From Octopus vulgaris (Eukaryota), in assembly GCA_951406725.2 (NCBI GenBank), contig OX597819.1, positions 117,118,001 through 117,182,000 of the forward strand: DNA of 64,000 nt. Reading direction: 5' to 3'. Position numbers and translations under genes: made by a program. Numbering within the stretch: position 1 is the first letter of the stretch; every line of letters begins with the position of its first letter. Positions 24,115 to 36,975 of the stretch are shown piece by piece. The notes under the pieces are model-generated. The model ran no database searches. It saw only the letters and a program-made list of their open reading frames with translations, and had not been told where the DNA came from.

Positions 24115-24117
<3 letters not shown>
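23876..24117 (+). mobile_element. 184-bp near-perfect hairpin (23876-24059) plus one-sided flank
   Basis: Arms GTTGTATACTGTCAATCTAACACGAACGTGACAGTAGGGGGG... and ...CCCCCCTACTGTCACGTTCGTGTTAGATTGACAGTATACAAC; 10-nt loop at 23963-23972. Confidence 0.9.
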
Positions 24118-24209
<92 letters not shown>

Positions 24210-24295
24210 GCGGTGCCCCACCATGGCCTCAGCCGGATGGCTGAAACAAGTAAAAGAGTAAAAGAGTAAAAGAGTAAAAGAGTAAAAGAGTATAT

Positions 24296-24718
24296 TACGC
24301 TGAGCTGGCTATGACGTCAGAATGAATGTCGAAAGAATGTCCAAATTCCCCATGTACAGCTATCTTGTGAGACGGCACCCGAATGTTCGTCGACGATGGC
24401 CTAGATATAAAGCTCAAGAGTAACCTCTTAAAAATGAAGATAGTTTACAACACCTTTCAGGGAACAGCCTTCAGGCGAACAAAATGGAGATCGTTGTGTC
24501 AAAACGGTATTAGAAACTTAGTTGCAGCCAGCATTTACATACTTCGGGGAGCAAGGCGAAAAAGAAAATCATCTGATAATATTTCACCTGCACTGACCTG
24601 TAATCCTCATGCATGCAGGATCTGTGGGCCTTCTGCAAATCGCTGTCGGGACATAAATATCACATTCGACATAAGTACTGTAACTGACACAAGAAGAATA
24701 GGTTGTAGAATCCTCATA
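24296..24718 (+). mobile_element. Degraded RTE/BovB-like LINE 3' end
   Basis: VRMNVERMSKFPMY, LKSNL, RTKWRSLCQNG, RRKRK and CRICG zinc-finger remnant. Confidence 0.7.
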
Positions 24719-24930
24719 GTGTGTCTGCCCATTACCACAGCTTGACAACCGCTGTTTGTATGTTTACTTCCCAGGAATTTCTGTTCGGTAAAAACGGCCG
24801 ATAGGATAAGTACCAGGCCTAACAAAAATTGAGTACTGGGTTCGATTCATTTGACTCAAACTCTTCAAGGAGCTGCTCCAACATGGCTGCAGTCTAATGA
24901 GCGAAACATGTACAATATAAAAAAAAATAA
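24715..24930 (+). mobile_element. SINE family A, 3' half
   Basis: GCTTGACAACCG..GATAGGATAAGTACCAGGC..GCTCCAACATGGCTGCAGTC..GAAAC, matching 54870-55021. Confidence 0.7.
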
Positions 24931-27145
24931 GGATAGGGGCTTAGTTTTTTTAAACTGATATCTACATGGAATTTGTCAACCTGAAAACTTTTGGCTCTTA
25001 GAAATCATAGTGGATTTATTGGAATTAATTTTCAAAATCCTTACCGAAAAAAGCAAAGAAAATTCTCCCGAATGGAAATTCGAATAGTTAAATATGCGAT
25101 TCAAGAAAAACATTTCTCTCTTAATATTTCTCTACATACATTACTTCTAAAATATGGGCTGACAAACTTAACGTATTGATCGATATAAGGATAATAAAGA
25201 CGGTTTTCTTATCTCAGGTTATATGTTGGTATCAGGTTATTAAGCGTATCAGAAGCCGATGTTTCGATGTACAAGATGCTGTCAGTATAGACAGCAATCC
25301 AAAAGCTACATTTTGTAAAAAATTATAAGCAGATGGTTTAACCAAACAAAGTAAAAATAACTTCAGGAAGCTGAAATGTCATTTGTTTTACATAGAAATC
25401 TTGTACGATATCCATCTCACTATTTTGCACATAGATTCCCAATTATCAACCTTCCTGTAACATATTTCTTTCGCAGCAATCCAACTGTAGAAAGAGAGCG
25501 CCAGATCTAAGTAACGGCATTTGAAAAGCCGTGAATAATAAGCCGGAAATACACCATATAATCTTCAATAGTTTGCTTTCAAAACAATATTTGGAACTTC
25601 AAAATCCGTCGCACCTGGCAGCAGTTTGTTATCCGAGAAAATATTCCTTAGATGCGACATTTTGAGAATGCATAATTATTAATGAGATGATCTCGTGCTG
25701 TGTCACTTTCAAGATGATAGGAGCTTATTACATGAAAAGATCTGGCTTGAAAGAGGAATGTTGTTCTATCTCTCGACATTTATAAGAAATATCTTGTCAC
25801 ATCATCGACGACAGCAACAAAACCGAAGGTCATGTATTTTTCAAGGAAATGTCTCCGAAAACTTATCTTATTTCAGCCTATTATTCAAGAAACACACACA
25901 CACACACACACAGAAAACACAAACATCCATACGCACGCACATATGCACACACACACACACACAAAAAAAAAACTTTAGCTGTCTAATATACCTTATCGCT
26001 GAAGAGTGCAAATAAGTCGAAAACATTTGCCCTTTTCCCCAATTGTATTCATGGAACATATCTAATCAGCTGTCATCCTTAGTCTTTTTTTTCTTCTTAT
26101 ATCCACCGTTGGCGTTATATACCATATATTTTACCTGTTGCAAATGTTTGATTTATTCCATCCTTTATACAAATATATATGAGCATATACAATTGACAAT
26201 CCTTGAAACACAATGCAATTCCATGTGTAGAAAAAGAGCTAGGAGAACTGGAAGAATGAGCAATTGTTTATAACTAATTTTGCATCAGAAGATACACGAA
26301 CAATTACTTCAAAGAAATATCTTCATTATTTATTCACCGCCGTATGTTTAAATTCAACATGTGTATTTTCCAGTAGAATATATTAAAATGTATAGAATAA
26401 CTGCCCTGGATTACATTTATCCTCAATACAATGAATTTGGTATGACTTTTCCAAGAAACTGTGGCCGTGTGATTAAGCCCTGATTGATCAATTAGAATTA
26501 AGATAGTAATTAGCTTTTATATAACTGAATGAGGCTTCTGTACATATTGATGTTGAGAATGCACCAAATCACGGAATGTTCAGTAAAATACATAGAAAAT
26601 TATATATCTAATCAACAAATTTCAAAAATAAATTTTCCGAAATTTGTTTCGAATTTATTTCCTGTGTACACGGAATTCGGAACTAATATTTAACATTTAA
26701 TTAAATAGTAAATCTAAATAGCGAAATACTTGCAAGCTAAAGAAAGTTCATCTCATTTGTTCTTTAGAATTAATTATAAATCTGTTTTAATGTTTCAAAT
26801 TTAATATAGTTAAGATAACTTGAGTAACATAGCAATGCCTGAAACATTACGGACTTGGCAAGAAACATGAAATTTAGATTGATACAAGGTTTTTTCTTTT
26901 TATACTTTAATCAACGCTGGTAACTGATTTACAAGTCCATGACCACAAGATTGTAGAAATTTTAGACAAATTGCACAGGATTATTGTCCGACACATGAAA
27001 ATGATTTCCCACTCGATGATAAAATGAATATTGAGAACAATGTGTATATATAATGTGCGTGTGTATGCTTGTTTGTCAGGGTGTGTATACGTATACACAG
27101 ACAAACATATACATATATACACATACATATATATGTATGTATATG

Positions 27146-27191
<46 letters not shown>

Positions 27192-27233
27192 TGTATGTGT
27201 GTGTGTGTGTTTGTGTGTGGGTATTTATATTTA

Positions 27234-27355
27234 CGAGGGGTGTATGAAAAGTTTTGAGCCTTCAAGTCTTTTGAACCTTGAAGTCTTGGACCGTCATCAG
27301 ATGTCTTTTAACATGTTTTCTTTTTCTAGGCTCAAGACTTTTCATACATACCTCG
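27234..27355. mobile_element. Mariner-type MITE, 122 bp, TA-flanked
   Basis: TA|CGAGGGGTGTATGAAAAGTTTTGAGCCT ... AGGCTCAAGACTTTTCATACATACCTCG|TA, giving ~28-bp TIRs. Confidence 0.85.
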
Positions 27356-27361
27356 TATATA

Positions 27362-27400
<39 letters not shown>

Positions 27401-27639
27401 GGTGGGGTGGGGGAAATTTACAACCGTGTTTCGTGGCCTGCTACTACAACAGCTCTTTTATAGGATCCAGTTAGCTCAAAACATCATCAGGAGGAACCAC
27501 GTCCGATTTCGGCCCCTACTCCTCTACCATTTTGACGTGGTGCCACCCCACTTTCGGAGGCGTCTTCAGTTCTGGTGTTCGGCGCATGTCTTCTTTCTTC
27601 TGTTCCCTGGCCTCTTCGATGTATCGTCAGCGAGTGTCA

Positions 27640-28038
27640 GACGGTGACTGACTGACTTGTCAAAATTTTCCCTTTAAATACCTGTCTCACCTTAACTGAC
27701 TAGTGAAGGCGCGTAGTTTTAGCCCACGTATTCTCTAAACGACCGTCACATGTCAGTCAGCGAAGCTAATTCAGTGTCAGCTTGTCTCACCTAGTGATGT
27801 TATTTCCCGCCGGCATGTTATGACTTTCAAGCCATTTTCGCTCTTCCCGCTTCAGCCATATACAGAAGCTAGCTTTTTCAACCGCCTTCTGTACTGTCCT
27901 TATTAGTTTTCGCAGCTCGAAGCTAGAAAAAACAAATCTTTTGAAAAGCGTTGTCATTTTCCTTTCAATGACGCCTCTAGCCCCCACTGCCAGGTAATAA
28001 TATTCGACATTCCATCCCTGTTCTCTGCATTCTTCGAT
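27640..28038 (-). mobile_element. 3' end of an RLE-type non-LTR element (HERO-like)
   Basis: EECREQGWNVEYYYLAVGARG...AVEKASFCIWLKREERKW matches the GW..VEVG.RG...AE.AS.W.WL.R C-terminus. Confidence 0.7.
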
Positions 28039-28136
28039 TAGCTTTTCATACCTCTTCTGTATGTATATATATATATATTAACACACACTAGAGTGATAGA
28101 GAGAGAGAGAGAGAGAAGTGCTTGCCTATGTTTATA

Positions 28137-28189
<53 letters not shown>

Positions 28190-28193
<4 letters not shown>

Positions 28194-28360
28194 GGAAAGT
28201 TTAAGAAAATAAACAAAAGACAAAGGCAGGTGGAGTACACACAAACAAAGGTATTAGTATAGCGCTCAGGAAATAGAAAAAGTATTTTACGTTTCGAGCC
28301 TACGCTCTTCGACAGAAAGATACACAGAGGAATACAAGGAGAGAAACAAGGAGAGAAATA
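28190..28360 (-). mobile_element. Monomer of the ~200-bp hammerhead-variant repeat
   Basis: Reverse complement aligns with 43840-44005. Motif at 28284-28319: CUUU-CUGUCGAA-GAGC-GUAG-GCUC-GAAA-CG-UA-AAA. Confidence 0.75.
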
Positions 28361-30034
28361 TATATATATATACATACATGGATACATATATGTATGTATA
28401 TGTACATATTTTGTTGCGTACGTTTGTCTCTATCTCTCTCTGAGCATATGTGTGTGTATGTGTGCGTGCGCATGAGAATGTGTACGCAGAATACGTTTCA
28501 TATTTGCGAATTTATAATCTAATGATTCTTAGTTAAGTGCAATTATTTGTTTTTACGTTGCTCATTTTATTGAATAGATTAGTTTTTTTCTAATTGGAAA
28601 TGTTCGTTTCTACAATAATGTTTGACATATACTTTTAGAGGATTTTAAAGAACTAATCCGATTGCTGGCATTAATGTTATGAGTTCCTTGTGCATTGTTC
28701 TAAATACTGTAAGATTATTCTGCCGTAACTAAATAACTCGCATTATTTTTCCTTATATATTTTGTATTTGTTTTATTTTTAATCAGCACCTACATATTTA
28801 TAATAAATGAAATATCGTTAGTTTTCAGAAGGACGCGTGTTTTCAAATTTAACTCAATTTTCTGAACAAAGTTTATTACTTATATTCTTTAGAAAGCCTG
28901 ATGGTAAATGATTTTGAAAACGAATCTTACTTATTTAATTTAACAAAATGATTCTGTATTTCTTATCAACACTGGTATCAGCTATATAATAAGATATTGC
29001 GTTTCACCTTATTTCTCGACTCCTCTTATATTACATCCGTGTATATTAGTTTTAAAACGTTCTTTGAAGCTTCTGAATTTAACAAGTATTCATCAACAAA
29101 ACTGAAATGCAACAATTACTAGTAATTAATTTAATGCACTTAACCATAATAATTCTCCTTTAGAAATATGGAGGACCAAGATGATCATGATTATTTCGAG
29201 ACTTTATATTAACATGACTCCTGTAATTTCTTAGCTTATTGCCATAAAACTACGTACAAAATACCATTCAGTAGTATGAGATCAATATTTATATTCACAG
29301 TATATTTCAATAACTCTTTTCAATTCTACTCAGTATTCTTATGCAGCCATTTATCATGTAGATGTGTATGTACATAACATCATTAAATTTGGAATAATTT
29401 TCCACGATCGCCGTCTTGTGTAAGTTGTACATTTTGTGTATCAGAGTTATAGAAATTCATGAAATGATAATTATTTCCATAAGTATCTCCAGCATATTAT
29501 TATGGCATCAATTTCACATAAATTGCCGTCAATCATATACACTAATATAATGAATGTGTGTGTAATAGTATTACTTTGTATAGTTAATCCCATTTATATT
29601 TTACATTGTAATCTAAGAATATTGCACTGAATATACCTATCGCATAACATTCTTTCGGTACATCAAGGAATCTGATTCATTGACGATAACGTATATAAGA
29701 CGGCAATCTAGAATTCTAGAACTTAATGACTGTATATTTCAAATTTTAAGTAACTGAAATATCGATCAATCTCCAATGATATTTCCCAATTTTCCTAGAT
29801 GCATATACAGTAATATATTACAGTATAGTGTTTATATACATCGTACACATATATATATGTATATATACATATATATATGTGTATATATATATATATATAA
29901 TTAATCAAATTATTGCAATACTGGTGCTCACTAGTATTTTTAGTCACGTTAGTCACGTTAGTCACGTTTATATTTCTACCTTTCCGTTGAAATTTGCGAA
30001 TAAACCACATTCACTATACAAATATGTATATGTA

Positions 30035-30420
30035 AGGTGCGTTCAAAAGTGCCCAACTTCTTGCGCATGAGCCGACGTCTTCGCGTGGATAGTCTCGCCT
30101 AGAGTACAGATATGTAGCGTGCGTACGTTTGATTTTCGGTTTCATACAAGTTGATCGAATGTATTGAGCAGATATAGAGTATAAAATTTTGCTGAAAGCT
30201 TCATGATATTCAATATAAAACCATCCAGAATATTCAGCAGGAATTTTGCAGTGATGCCATGAGCAAAACTCTGATTAAGTAACTGTACAACCGCTTCAAA
30301 CATGACCCACCTCACTACAGAGTGAGGCACGCTTAAGTAGGCCATCCTCAAGCCAAAACAAGGAGCGGATTGAGAATGGTCGGCAAATAGTTATGGAAGA
30401 CCGTTGTGTATAAGGCCAGA
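30035..30420 (+). mobile_element. Mariner transposase N-terminal (HTH) remnant
   Basis: IEQI*SIKFC*KL..KTIQNIQQEF.SDAMSKT.IK*LYNRFK...SRPSSS. Confidence 0.7.
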
Positions 30421-32616
30421 AATTGATCAAACTCTTTTAGAGGCAATATTCCAGCGATAGTGCTACAAAAAAAGACAAAAAGTAAGGCGATGTAGCAGCA
30501 TGGCCACAGTCCTATGCCTGGAACCACCAAAATTGTAAAATGAATGATATACATAGAAACATACATACATATACGTACGTATGTATATGCACGAACGCAT
30601 ATATTTAGTAGCATATGGAGATGATTATTTGATGAGTGTTAATGGCATAAGCTATTAATTTGTGCAGGTAACGTGATGATAATTTCGGCGTACTTTTATA
30701 GATTTTGAGTGACACATTATAAGCAGTATATACTATCAATAAACATCTGTACATACTTTGTTCCAAAATACCTAAGACGGATTTCTACATTGTAATTTCA
30801 AAATGCAGTGTATAACACTCAAGATTCCTGTCCGTTTCTTACTAAATTCTATTACATTTTCGAAAACAGTAGTAGATTAACCATGTTACGTCTTATACTA
30901 CCAGTACGCTTTAACTTCTATAACACCATTTGTTTCTTCGTAGATTTTAATTCCAATTTCCTTTCTGCTCTAAATTTAGTATTTCACTCTCACGTTTTTC
31001 TAGTGTTGTAATTATTTATATGGATAGGAGTTATCGAAAGCTAAAGCCTGATGAATCAGCACATTTCGACTAGCCGTACGCTGCAATATGTTTGTATTGG
31101 AGCAGAAGTTATAAGAGTCTCTAGCAGATATAATTAACTATCGGTTGTTGTAATTTCATACTACGTAACATTTCAAATAAATTACATAACCCCGAGCAGC
31201 CACCATCTAAGGATATATTTAAGTGCTAATTTGAATTTAGCTGAAACTAGAAGAAATCATTATCAACTTTTGTCATTTTATAACAGAAATATAAGAGAAT
31301 GAAGATAAATTACGTTTCTAATATATAATTACATAATCTATGATTTTAACTAGTTGATAATATTCATGTCATCGTTTCATGACTTAGAACTTTCATTTCT
31401 TGAAACCCCTGTATTATATGTCTGCAAAGCTAAGTTCTGTTCATTCTGAAACTTAAAAACACTTCTGAACACACCGTGTCTAAAATTTGGTTGTTAGTTC
31501 GTGTAGAAACAGTTTCATTTGTAATTATGTATCCTTAGAAAATAAAGTAATTAATGAAATTTCAGAACCTAAGGTTGAAACTGGAATAATTGATGCCTGA
31601 ATACTCCTGCAGTTCCGTTTCTTTGACAACAAAAATAAAAGCTTTTGGCTCCATTAATAAAAATTCGTGTTGAGATATTTGAAATTAGAGTTAGAAGCAC
31701 ATGAGAACGTAATTGAGCTTGACAACGTGAAAGAGTAATATAATATAAATATATATGTAGTGAATTCCCTTAAATAATATTTAATGAGTCAATTATGTTG
31801 TTTTAAAGATATGTTTTTTATTGATATATTCATCAGTTACAACGCTGGCAAAATTCTATAAGCTAATAGAAATATATTTCTTGTTCTCTCAGTGGGTTAA
31901 CTGCATCCTGTGTATAAAACGGGTTCTCATAATGTCTAATAACATTTACATAAAAAAAGTGTTAGCAGGTTATATGGAATACAATTATTACGTTAATACT
32001 TGGCATTGTTTATAATTTGCGTGCACGCAAGTATCATTACGGTGTTCAATATGGAGCTGATTTTAGAGTTAAACCCTTAGAGGAAAGCTCTGAAATTTAA
32101 ACACATCAGGTAACTGGAGATTGGAAAACTGTTTAAACATCTAAATATACACATTGTACGTTTTCACAATTAACTATTATTTTCATTTCATACATATTAA
32201 ATCATCGTAAAAATTCTCAGAGATCACCCAGGGGATATGCTATGTGCAAATTATAGACGCTGATAAGTGTTTTCGTTAAAAATATATTAAACATTTAGAG
32301 ATAAACGGTAGAATGGCAAAGCATGAGAGAAAGGGATTAAAGCCGGTTAATGCAATCATTACAGAGTCAAACTTTAAATATCTATCCAGCAGAGAAAACC
32401 TAAGTGATTTTAATTTAGAGCCACATTTAAAGATGATTGTGTCTGTAAGCAGTTTCAATACTAACACAAAGCCAGTATTCTAACAACGTATATTGACATA
32501 TGTTTATATATATGCATTATTTATGTAAATCAGTAGGTTGATGAAAAAACAATAAATGCTCCATAGTCATTCCTCAACACTGGCATAATAGATTACTGCT
32601 ATTTTTATACAGTAGT

Positions 32617-32701
<85 letters not shown>

Positions 32702-32733
32702 TATAAACAGATATATATATGTACATGTATATG

Positions 32734-32774
<41 letters not shown>

Positions 32775-33877
32775 AAGTATGTGGTTTTATTCACTAGTGT
32801 TTCCCTGCTACTGTAAAAGGAAGCCAAAAATATATTGATCCAGTACATAAACGCACCTATAAATATACTTTCAGGCGGTGATGATTCTATGTAAATAATA
32901 ATCTTGTTTGACCTAAGATGCTTGCCGATCGTGTGTGCGATAATAGCAGAGAAAGACAATATAAGGCGCTAAAATAATGCTCTCCTCTGTAGTAGTATGA
33001 ATGCCAGATTAAGTAAAACCAACAAATTATATAAAGAAAACATTCTCGAAACAATAGAGTCAAAGCAAAGCAATTCTAACAAAAGTATTGATCGGGCCAA
33101 TCCTACTATATTTCAATGTGGGAGAAACTTTTCCAGTTATCTTATCATAGCAGACATTAACACCATCAAACCGTTCCACACCTTATGAAACATCAACTGA
33201 TTATAATCTACATTCTCAACACTTAAAATATCACCACCATTTTTTCTACTACTACGACAGGCGTATCAGATTTTCGTTGGGAATAAAAACAAAAAGTTCT
33301 TGACACTTGAATCAACACAGTAAAGAAAGCCATAATTGACTCTGGTATTTATACGCTTCTATTCTTCTTTGCTATTAATGTGACATATATGTGTCAGCTC
33401 TACTATATTTTATTTCACCACTTAACAATGGAAACGTATAGAAGTTTATTAATCGTACGATTCTCTGTAGCAGCCGATATTTTCGATTCTCATAGGACCG
33501 GAATGAAGTGGACTTAGCAAAATGAGAAGGTTGCCAGTACTTTTGCAGCAACTTATATACTACCACATATGCACGCCCCGTGTTTTTGCTGCAACTTTTA
33601 TGCACCAATTATATACTGAATTCAGTGAATTCAGCAATTAGGAAAATGCAACGGCTTGGAAAGTTTTATTAAAATTTACTATTGACTACAATTAAAAACT
33701 AGATGCAACAACGATGGAGTATATGTGATGTAGAAAAGAATTTCTTTTATAAAGATGACGAACAGATTAACAATCATATCGACGGAATACAGTCATTTTA
33801 GACAACAGTGGAACAGGCACAGATTCAAGAAACAAAAACTCTTTGCTGTGAACTATGTGTGTGTGTGTTTGTGTGTC

Positions 33878-33933
<56 letters not shown>

Positions 33934-34164
33934 CTTACCCCTTTCTCCTTCTCGACGAAGAACTATGATCGAAACGACAAACTCTCTCCTGTCACCGAGC
34001 GTTCTTTGCGCATGTCCTCTTGTCCGTTATTTTCATTCGTTAATTTAAAGAAAGTCTCTCTCTCTCTCTCTCTCTCACTCACTCTAACCCTTTCTTTCTC
34101 TCTCTCTACATATATACGTATATATACAAAATATATATGATTGATTGATTGATTGATTGATTGA

Positions 34165-34330
34165 TTCTAGTTTCAGCTCACGAGCTGTGGCCATGCTGGG
34201 GCACCGCCATTTGGTGTTGCTACATGGTTTTACTTCACGAATGCTTTTTAGCAACTGCCATTTGGTGCATGAGAGAGTTCGATGCAGCTGCCCTCATCTG
34301 CACCTCCTGCCGTGAAGTTGGTTCATATAT
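34165..34330 (-). mobile_element. CR1/L2-like LINE 3' end with (CAAT)n tail
   Basis: EPTSRQEVQMRAAASNSLMHQM, then GGCGGTGCCCCAGCATGGCCACAGCTCGTGAGCTGAAAC. Homologous to 455-605. Confidence 0.65.
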
Positions 34331-34669
34331 AAACCAATGGGCATACTACGTACGATTACCTGCTGGAAATAACAGTCAAAACTCTTATTTAAATCGCCAA
34401 AATACACTGATAATAACTACAGAAACCAACTTTCCGAAGGCAACCAGGCTAAGACAATCTCTCAGCATACATTCAAGTATTTGGACTCTCGTGGACCGGT
34501 AGTAATACTTACTATGTCCTTTGATTAGTCTGAATCTTTTAGCTACTTAATGCTCTGGGGTGGGGGCTGCAATCGCTTAAATCCTTGATTCTATTGTTAT
34601 GATTCGTAAATTGTTGCACTAGATAAAAATAGAGTCAATGATATATTCCAAATTTCTCCATATTAATAT

Positions 34670-34990
34670 ATATATATATATTATCCGTTCTGTCTATGTG
34701 AGTGTGTGTCTTCTAGAATCTTGGGCATCCGATTGCCCTCAAATTTGATTTGTAGATACCGACGGTATCAGGGCGTGTATAAATCTTGAAAAAGTTACAA
34801 AAATCGATTCCAGGTGAGAATGCGATCGATAAAGCTGTGGGAACGTGCATTTGTACGCGCAAATACATCAGCTGTTGCGATCGATACTATGCGTACGCGA
34901 GAAAAATGCATGTGCAGTAGGCGCAGAAAAAGCCGTCTGGTTTGAAATTGAGTAAACATGCATTTCTGGAGTAAAACTGTCCGATTATGA
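34670..34990 (+). mobile_element. Possible Helitron-type non-autonomous 5' fragment
   Basis: (TA)n, TCTGTCT/GTGT repeats and CCGATT..CAAATTTG, the same layout as the 5' end of 55066-55945. Confidence 0.3.
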
Positions 34991-35210
34991 TCAAAGCCTC
35001 ATGAAATTTCTCTGATTATATATGTATACTATATTTTGGCCAAATTCAAGGCTCTTTATGTTAAAGTCAAGTCTAGAAACTATGTTACGTATATTCTACT
35101 AAAATATGAAATATTATACAGGAAGATAGATCAGAAAAAAACGCCAGATATGCATATCAATAAGACTCCAGTGAAATTATACCAGTCTCATCTTATACTA
35201 AATCACAGAA

Positions 35211-36161
35211 GCACTTCATACACAAACATATATTGTTTATTGGTGTGTGTCTGGTGGGTTGATTCTGACTATGTGTTTCCGCGCGCGTGTGTGTGTGTGT
35301 GCGTGTGTGTGCTGAAAACTTCCAGCTCATGAAAATAATCCTCCTTCGAAGTTTTTATTAAAATTTAAGGCATCCGATCAATTCGTCGATGGCAATGCGT
35401 CGTCGTTTAATTTGTCTCCAGTCAATTCGTCGACATCATAAGGAAAATAAAAGGACGAATATCTGAATTTAAGGGGGAAAAAAAGGAATATTTTAAGGTT
35501 AGCTGTATTACAATATGTAACTATTATTTGTATAATATTCATCAACAGACACTAACCAAAGATTGGAAGCAAAATCCTTTGGAGACGTGTTTAGATTTAG
35601 TGCTGGGACTATTCAGTCTCGGTTATTTCGTTGTCAGTTGATTTGTCTCCAGTCAATTCGTCGCTGTCTACAACAGCGCGCTGAAAAACAGTGAATATTA
35701 GTCATCCAAATATTAGGAAACTTATTGATATGATTAAATATGAGAAGTTTGCGAGTACCAAATTGCAAAAGATTATGCAAGAACACAGCCAAAAGAAAAA
35801 ATAAACGAAAAAAAAAAGATAGATATAGGGACCTGCACATAAAGAATGTTATGGCAAAGAATGTTCGAAGCCAAAAAATTATTATTCTAAAAGCAGTTGC
35901 ATTCAATCTTAAATTTTTAGAAAATATAAATATGTAATACAGCTAACCTTAAAATAAACGTTTCTGTTTTTCCTTAAATTCAGATATTCGCTCTTTTATA
36001 TCCCCTCTGATGTCGACGAATTGTTTAATCACGAATTGACTGGAGCCAAATTAAACGAGGACGCATTGCCGTCGACGAATTGACCGGATGCTTTAAATTT
36101 TAATAACAACTTCGAAGGGGGATTATTTTCATGAGCTGGAAGTTTTCAGCACACACACACA

Positions 36162-36197
<36 letters not shown>

Positions 36198-36333
36198 TAC
36201 ACGCACACACACACACCAAACACACACACAGACACATACACACACACAAACACACACACACACAAACACACACACATACTCAGAATCAAGCCACCCCCCA
36301 CGACTAAACAATATATGTTTTTGTATGAAGTGC
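35211..36333. repeat. Large inverted repeat: arms 35211-35512 and 35933-36333, 420-bp spacer
   Basis: Arms align along their length, e.g. GCTGAAAACTTCCAGCTCATGAAAATAATCC / GGATTATTTTCATGAGCTGGAAGTTTTCAGC. Repeated motif CAATTCGTCG. Confidence 0.92.
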
Positions 36334-36975
36334 AGTTTGCTTATTATTCACAATGAATAGTGCTTTAACTAAATATATGTGTATATACACACATATATAC
36401 AGTCACATACGCGTTATATCTGACTACAGGAATTTCATTTCGAATGAGTATTCTGTATGTAAGAGTCCCAAATTGTCTTTACTCAACGTGTCGCTACTTA
36501 CTTCACTTCCGCTTATGTCTGTGATCTCTTCTTTTATTCATTTATATACACAGACGAATACAAACATACATACACACATTTATAAAACATAACTGAAATT
36601 GCATTTCACAATTACGATACCGTTACTTCCCTATATTTGCCTTAATTTTAATTAGCTGGGGTCATCCTAAATCCATTATGGCAATCGATTCAGCTCTTAG
36701 AATAGCAGCAACAGCGCAAGAAAATTACAAGCCATGAGGAATTATAGACTTTGAACATATTGGAGCCGATGAAATTCAAAGTTGTGTGATGCGAGATAGA
36801 TATCGTTTATACAAGACAATATATTTGAACAGTGGTTGGTGACTGGAAACATTCATAGCTGAGTAGACACAGCAGATCTATATATGTGGAAATAACAAAG
36901 ACATAGATTTATCTATAAAACATTCTTCCAATATATATGAGTTAAGACATGACCAAGACATAGAAGTGTGATTGA

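Noticed and set aside
25732-25800. KRSGLKEECC resembling an insulin A chain
   Set aside because: The third Cys is missing, the spacing is wrong, there is an in-frame stop, and no B chain is present.
25995-26035. CTGAAGA...GAAA on the plus strand
   Set aside because: No credible stem II, stem III or UH site.
32990-33245. Possible PLE RT remnant (INTIKPFH..IIYI..HPP)
   Set aside because: Too degraded to support.
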